A stretch of DNA of 64,000 bases from a bacterium (GTDB lineage: Bacteria; Patescibacteriota; Microgenomatia; JAMCZE01), in assembly GCA_021836035.1 (NCBI GenBank), contig JAKBJL010000004.1, positions 3,841-67,840 of the forward strand, written 5' to 3'. The notes under the pieces were generated by a model. It saw only the letters and a program-made list of their open reading frames with translations. It searched no databases and was not told where the DNA came from. Shown here one piece after another: positions 59,310 through 64,000 of this stretch. Numbering within the stretch: position 1 is the stretch's first letter; each line of letters opens with the position of its first letter. Made by a program: the position numbers and the translations under genes.

Positions 59310-60349
59310 TTCATCCCCAACTCTTTTAAACGGTTGTATTTAGCAATTCTTTCTCCCCGGGCAAAGCCGCCGAGTTTTACGTAATCAGCACCGATGGCCA
59401 GAGCGAAATCCACAATCCAGGTGTCATTGGTCTCTTCCCCGCGGTGTGAAACCACAATTTTAAGATTTCCCTCGCGGGCAGTTTTAACCGCTGCTAAACT
59501 GTCGGTAATTGTTCCGATCTGATTGGGTTTAATCACAACTGCATTCAGGGCTCGGAGTTCGATCGCTTTTTTAATCCGTTCTGGGTTGGTAGAAGTTAAA
59601 TCGTCACCGATAATAAGAACGTTATTACCGACATCTGCGGTTAATTTTGACCATTTTTCCCAATCCTCGTCGTTGTAGGGATCTTCTAAAGAGAAAAGCG
59701 GATAGTGAGAAATCAATTGCGGATAGTCTAAGGATTGATCTCCGGCAAAAGTATCGGCCACGTCCAGAGCAATTTTCTTTTGGGGAAAATTGATGCCGAT
59801 CGTTTCCAGAGCTTTGATATTATCCAAACTCAAAGGAGAAAAACCGCCCTCAGCTCCGACAGTAATTTCGGCGGTAACATCGGAAAGATATTGGCGCAAT
59901 TTCAAGTAATCGCTTCTGGCTTGCGTTAAAGAGTCTTCCAGGAGACAGAATTCCTGGATGGTCAAATTGGAATTACCATGTTTTCCGCCCTCAAAAGCCA
60001 AAAGAAATAATTGGGGAAAACGAACCGATGCCTGTGGCATACGGAAAGAAAACCGCCAGAAAGCAGCGGAAACAGCCAGGGTAATATTGCCGCCGAAAGT
60101 ATGGGCTTTTAATTCTTTATCCAGGGTTTCCTGGGTCCAGTCTTTACCGATTAATAATTGATTAATATCCGTGATTTGCCGGGAATAATTTTCCGGGGCG
60201 GTTTTGATTGCTTCGTATTTTCCGGCGGAAATGCCGGCAGGAACCGAAGCAAAACTTTTTAAGTTATTTTCCAGCTCTAAAATTACCTCCGGTGTTTCAC
60301 TGCCGCCGGAAGCATATATCTTGTTAACCGTTACACGATTAATTTTCAT
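59306..60349 (-). CDS. eno: Enolase, shortened and divergent
   Basis: GGKH, IQEF, EGG, LDVA, SLEDP, GDDL, IKPNQIG, SHR, ERIAKYNRL. Confidence 0.9.
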   Translation of the reverse strand: MKINRVTVNKIYASGGSETPEVILELENNLKSFASVPAGISAGKYEAIKTAPENYSRQITDINQLLIGKDWTQETLDKELKAHTFGGNITLAVSAAFWRFSFRMPQASVRFPQLFLLAFEGGKHGNSNLTIQEFCLLEDSLTQARSDYLKLRQYLSDVTAEITVGAEGGFSPLSLDNIKALETIGINFPQKKIALDVADTFAGDQSLDYPQLISHYPLFSLEDPYNDEDWEKWSKLTADVGNNVLIIGDDLTSTNPERIKKAIELRALNAVVIKPNQIGTITDSLAAVKTAREGNLKIVVSHRGEETNDTWIVDFALAIGADYVKLGGFARGERIAKYNRLKELGMN

Positions 60350-62658
60350 TTCTTTCCCAATTGGCGTTCGGCTTCGTAAACGATTTCCCTGGTATGATCC
60401 AAAGCGTCAGGGCTTACCGAAACGGAGGTAACTCCCCAGGAAACCAATTTTTCGACCAGATCGGGATAAGTTGAAGGAGCTTGACCGCAGATACTGCTGG
60501 TAATCTTATATTTTCTGGCTGTTTCAATAGTCCGCTGTAAAGCCCAAAGAACTGCCGGATTACGTTCGTCAAATTCCTGTGCTACGGTCTCGTTATCCCG
60601 GTCGGTTCCCAGGAGCATCATCGTCAAGTCGTTGCTGCCGATGCTGACTCCGTCAATTCCGGCCTCAATAAATTTGTCCAGCAAGATAACGTTTGCGGGT
60701 ATTTCCACCATCATCCAGACTTGGAAGCTGGGGGAACGGGACAGGCCGTTTACGTGAAGAAGGGATTTTACCTCAATCAATTCCATCACTGTCCGGACAA
60801 AGGGGATCATGAGCCAGAGATTTTTTAATCCGTGTTTATTACGGACGGTTTTTAAGGCTTCGATTTCCATTTTAAAAACTTCGGGCTGGACCACATAGCG
60901 ATAGGCACCGCGGAATCCCAGCATGGGATTTGGCTCCTCCGGTTCATATTTCTCCCCGCCTTTTAAATTGCGGTATTCGTTGGTTTTAAAATCCGTTGCC
61001 CGGTAAACTACGGGACGCGGATAAAAAGCTTCCGCAAAGACTTTTAAATTATCAACTAAGGTATTGATAAATTCTTTTTGTTTTTTTCGGGCAATTATTT
61101 CCTTAGGATGGGTACCGATCTGTGCCAGCATAAATTCCGCCCGCAAAAGTCCTACGCCGTCGACGTTCATTTTAGCGATTTCAGCGGCTTTTTCCGGTTC
61201 AGCTAGGTTGACATAGACTTTCGTTGCGGTTTTAAAATTGCCTTTTTCATTTATTGCTTTTATTGTTTTTATTGTATTTATTGGATTTATTGCTTTAATT
61301 ACCGTTCCGCCTTTGAAGACTTTTCCACTGCTGCCGTCAACGGTAACCACCATACCATTACGGAGCTTTGTCGTGGCTATTTTCGTACCGACAACAGCGG
61401 GAATACCCAATTCCCGGCTCACAATTGCAGCATGGGAAGTCCGGCCGCCGAAGTTGGTGATAATTGCGGTAGCTTTTTTCATAGCCGGGACATAATCCGG
61501 GTTTGTCTGTTCGGCCACCAGGATTTCACCAAAAGAAAGCTGGTTTATTTCTTTAGCGCTGGCTAAAATTTTCACTGGCCCCGTGCGGATACCGGGACTA
61601 GCCGGGGAACCGGTCAAAATAACTTCACCGTGTTTGATAGCTACCTCCGTAGGTTTTTCTTTTGTGGAGGAGGAAGTAAGCGTGGTTATGGGGCGCGTTT
61701 GGACAATAAAAATTTCCCCTTTTTCTACGGCAAATTCAATGTCCTGTGGGTAATAGTAGTGTTTCTCAATTTTTTTACCCAGGATAGCCAGTTTGACAAT
61801 CTGATCATCCGTAAGTTTCCGTTTATTTTGCCGTCCGCGGGGGACTTCGTGTTTGCCGGTTTGTCCTGTATCCTTCCGGGAAAGCATTACCCTCTGAGGG
61901 ACGGTTTTTGCCACGGCAATTTTTAAACTGTCTTTATCCACTTCATAATGATCGGGGGTAACTTCTCCCTGGACGATTAATTCGCCCAATCCCCAAATCG
62001 CCTCGATAGTTATGGTCTTTTTGTTATTTGTAACCGGATCAGAGGTAAACATCACGCCGGAAACTTCGGATTGGACCATGCGTTGGATTGGAACGGCAAT
62101 TCCGACTTTAAAATGATCAAATTTATTCTGCTCACGGTAAAAGATCGCCCGGGCTTCAAAAAGAGAAGCCCAAGAACGGCGCACGGCTTCAATAACGCTA
62201 GCTTCTCCTTTAATATTTAAGAATGTCATTTGCTGGCCCGCAAAACTGGCGGTAGGTAAATCTTCAGCGGTAGCACTACTTCGGACGGCAACCAGGGGAT
62301 TAGGAACCAAAAGCCCTTTTAATCCCCGTCCGGATTTAAGCTCTTCGTAGTAGCGGGCGATAATTTCGGCTATCTCAGTAGGCACAGGGGTGCGGCAAAT
62401 AATTTGTTTAATCCTTTGAGCAACTTGGGAAAGCACCACCGGATTATTGACATCCAGATTTCTAAGTTCCTGTTTAATAGGGCGAGCAAGATTATTTTTT
62501 TCCAGAAAATAGTAGTAGGCAGCGGAGGTAACGATAAATCCCGGGGGGACCGGTATGCCGGCGCTGAACATTTCTCCCAGGTTAGCTCCTTTACCGCCGA
62601 CGAGAGGAATATCCTCTTTCCCGACTTCTTTAAACCAAACGACAAACTTATGACTCAT
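60346..62658 (-). CDS. ppsA: Phosphoenolpyruvate synthase
   Basis: GGKGANLGE, AVRSSATAED, GGRTSHAAIVSRE, GLLRAEF, SIGSNDL, ICGQAPS. Confidence 0.96.
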   Translation of the reverse strand: MSHKFVVWFKEVGKEDIPLVGGKGANLGEMFSAGIPVPPGFIVTSAAYYYFLEKNNLARPIKQELRNLDVNNPVVLSQVAQRIKQIICRTPVPTEIAEIIARYYEELKSGRGLKGLLVPNPLVAVRSSATAEDLPTASFAGQQMTFLNIKGEASVIEAVRRSWASLFEARAIFYREQNKFDHFKVGIAVPIQRMVQSEVSGVMFTSDPVTNNKKTITIEAIWGLGELIVQGEVTPDHYEVDKDSLKIAVAKTVPQRVMLSRKDTGQTGKHEVPRGRQNKRKLTDDQIVKLAILGKKIEKHYYYPQDIEFAVEKGEIFIVQTRPITTLTSSSTKEKPTEVAIKHGEVILTGSPASPGIRTGPVKILASAKEINQLSFGEILVAEQTNPDYVPAMKKATAIITNFGGRTSHAAIVSRELGIPAVVGTKIATTKLRNGMVVTVDGSSGKVFKGGTVIKAINPINTIKTIKAINEKGNFKTATKVYVNLAEPEKAAEIAKMNVDGVGLLRAEFMLAQIGTHPKEIIARKKQKEFINTLVDNLKVFAEAFYPRPVVYRATDFKTNEYRNLKGGEKYEPEEPNPMLGFRGAYRYVVQPEVFKMEIEALKTVRNKHGLKNLWLMIPFVRTVMELIEVKSLLHVNGLSRSPSFQVWMMVEIPANVILLDKFIEAGIDGVSIGSNDLTMMLLGTDRDNETVAQEFDERNPAVLWALQRTIETARKYKITSSICGQAPSTYPDLVEKLVSWGVTSVSVSPDALDHTREIVYEAERQLGKK
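61250..61294. repeat. In-frame 9-nt tandem repeat (TTTATTGNN x5) within ppsA
   Basis: tttattgct tttattgtt tttattgta tttattgga tttattgct; encodes AINPINTIKTIKAIN. Confidence 0.85.
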
Positions 62659-63946
62659 TGATGAACCGGGTAATTTCGTTGTGGATCGTGTTTAATCTTT
62701 GCGGAGAACTGGCTTCAACGTTTAAGCGCAACAGTGCTTCTGTAAGAGATTCCCGCAGATTAAACTTAAAATCCGGGCCAGAAACGGTTACCCCGTCAAT
62801 CGTCAGAACATTATTACCCTTATTTCTATAATAGTCTGCCATTCTTTCGAGAACAAGGGCAGAATTGCGCGTGAAGGGGATATTTTCTTCCGGTAACTGC
62901 GGGTATTGGTTACGGCAATTAAGAAGCTCCGTTTCTAAATCGATATTTTGGCAAAGCTGAAGAAATTTTAAAGCTGAAAAGAGACCGTCGTCGATTCGAT
63001 ACCACTCGGCGAAAATTAAATGACCGCTGGTTTCTCCGCCGAAACCGATACTCCGATCTTTATCCATGGCATATTTGAGGTTTTGAGCCCATGAGGGCAC
63101 GATAAGATACTCCGGACTGGTATAGGAAGATTTTCCTGCCCTGACATCGAAAACCGCTTTTTGATAATTGCGGGCGATAATTCCGAGAATATAAGAAGGG
63201 GGGATCAATTCTCCGCGTGCGTCAACAAAGATCACCCGGTCGCCGTCTCCGTCCCAGGAGATTCCTAGAGATGCTTTTTCAGATAATACTTTGCTGCTTA
63301 AATCCCGCCGATTATTGGCGATCAAAGGATTTGGTTCGCGCTCCGGATTTATAAGAATATATGGTAGACCCAGGTGTTGAAAGATATCTTCGGCGATTGC
63401 GGCGACACTGGAACTTCCCGTATCTAGGACAATTTTTCCCTTATTCCATTTGAGATCAGCAAAGTGGTTACTCATCTCGATTAGATACTCCGTCTTAATT
63501 TGTTCGTGCATATCAATAATTTTTGGAGAAACACCCTCAGGAAGTGAGCTGCCTTTATGTACCAGAGCTTTTAAATTATTAATATCGGCGTTGTTTAGGG
63601 GCAGAGCATTATTCCGGACAAATTTAAAACCGTTGTGACCCATGCTGATGTGCGATGCCGTGACCATAATTCCGGCCGGGCACCGGTTTTTGATGATACC
63701 ATAATAAAAAAGAGGGATCGGAAGTTGGCCGAAACTGATTACCCGGTCCCCATAAGAAGCCGCCGCGTTCATTAAGGCTTCGGCTAAGGACACTGAGGAA
63801 GAGCGGTTATCATAGGCCACTGCCAAATCGTGCGTCTTTAAATATTGCATTATGGCTTTACCGATTCTTCCGGCCAGTTCTTCGTCTACCACGGAGGGAT
63901 AATTCCCGCGGACATCAAAACGCAAGAAAGCTTTATTTATATCCAT
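62648..63946 (-). CDS. Phosphomannomutase/phosphoglucomutase family protein
   Basis: FDVRG, TASH phosphoserine motif, DGDGDR, GGETSGH, LRES.TE. Confidence 0.9.
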   Translation of the reverse strand: MDINKAFLRFDVRGNYPSVVDEELAGRIGKAIMQYLKTHDLAVAYDNRSSSVSLAEALMNAAASYGDRVISFGQLPIPLFYYGIIKNRCPAGIMVTASHISMGHNGFKFVRNNALPLNNADINNLKALVHKGSSLPEGVSPKIIDMHEQIKTEYLIEMSNHFADLKWNKGKIVLDTGSSSVAAIAEDIFQHLGLPYILINPEREPNPLIANNRRDLSSKVLSEKASLGISWDGDGDRVIFVDARGELIPPSYILGIIARNYQKAVFDVRAGKSSYTSPEYLIVPSWAQNLKYAMDKDRSIGFGGETSGHLIFAEWYRIDDGLFSALKFLQLCQNIDLETELLNCRNQYPQLPEENIPFTRNSALVLERMADYYRNKGNNVLTIDGVTVSGPDFKFNLRESLTEALLRLNVEASSPQRLNTIHNEITRFINES

Positions 63947-64000
63947 AATAAAAAATGCTGCATATTATCAGCAAAGCTTCCGGTTAATTGACTGGTTTTA

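Overview
A 64-kb chromosomal segment that looks like a Patescibacteria/CPR genome, most likely Microgenomates. This is inferred from the 16S primer-site variants, truncated PheT/ThrS/trigger factor, DUF5660-like gene, sortase and secretin-less pilus. In order it holds a 16S rRNA gene and its leader; gyrA/gyrB split by a K+-independent H+-PPase; a complete monoderm-type type IV pilus locus; a translation/replication cluster (khpA-rpsP-rnc-nusB-rpmF-recG, tyrS, class A PBP, thrS-infC-rpmI-rplT-pheST); an AT-richer tRNA-studded accessory stretch (about 40.6-48.9 kb) with IS remnants, an AAA+ ATPase and an orphan histidine kinase paired with a P-loop protein; a sortase/LPxTG/glycosyltransferase surface locus; and a lower-glycolysis cluster. 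The most interesting signals are non-coding and absent from the ORF track: (1) a candidate ribosome-sensing attenuator ahead of the rRNA operon (promoter, near-leaderless uORF MRKT*, mutually exclusive antiterminator/terminator, then boxA); (2) an intact tRNA-Arg nested inside the anticodon loop of a second, degenerate tRNA-Arg; (3) a 6xPhe leader-peptide attenuator before pheS; (4) an ultrashort-stem-I, apparently translational T-box before thrS. All calls come from reading the sequence by eye; no searches were run.
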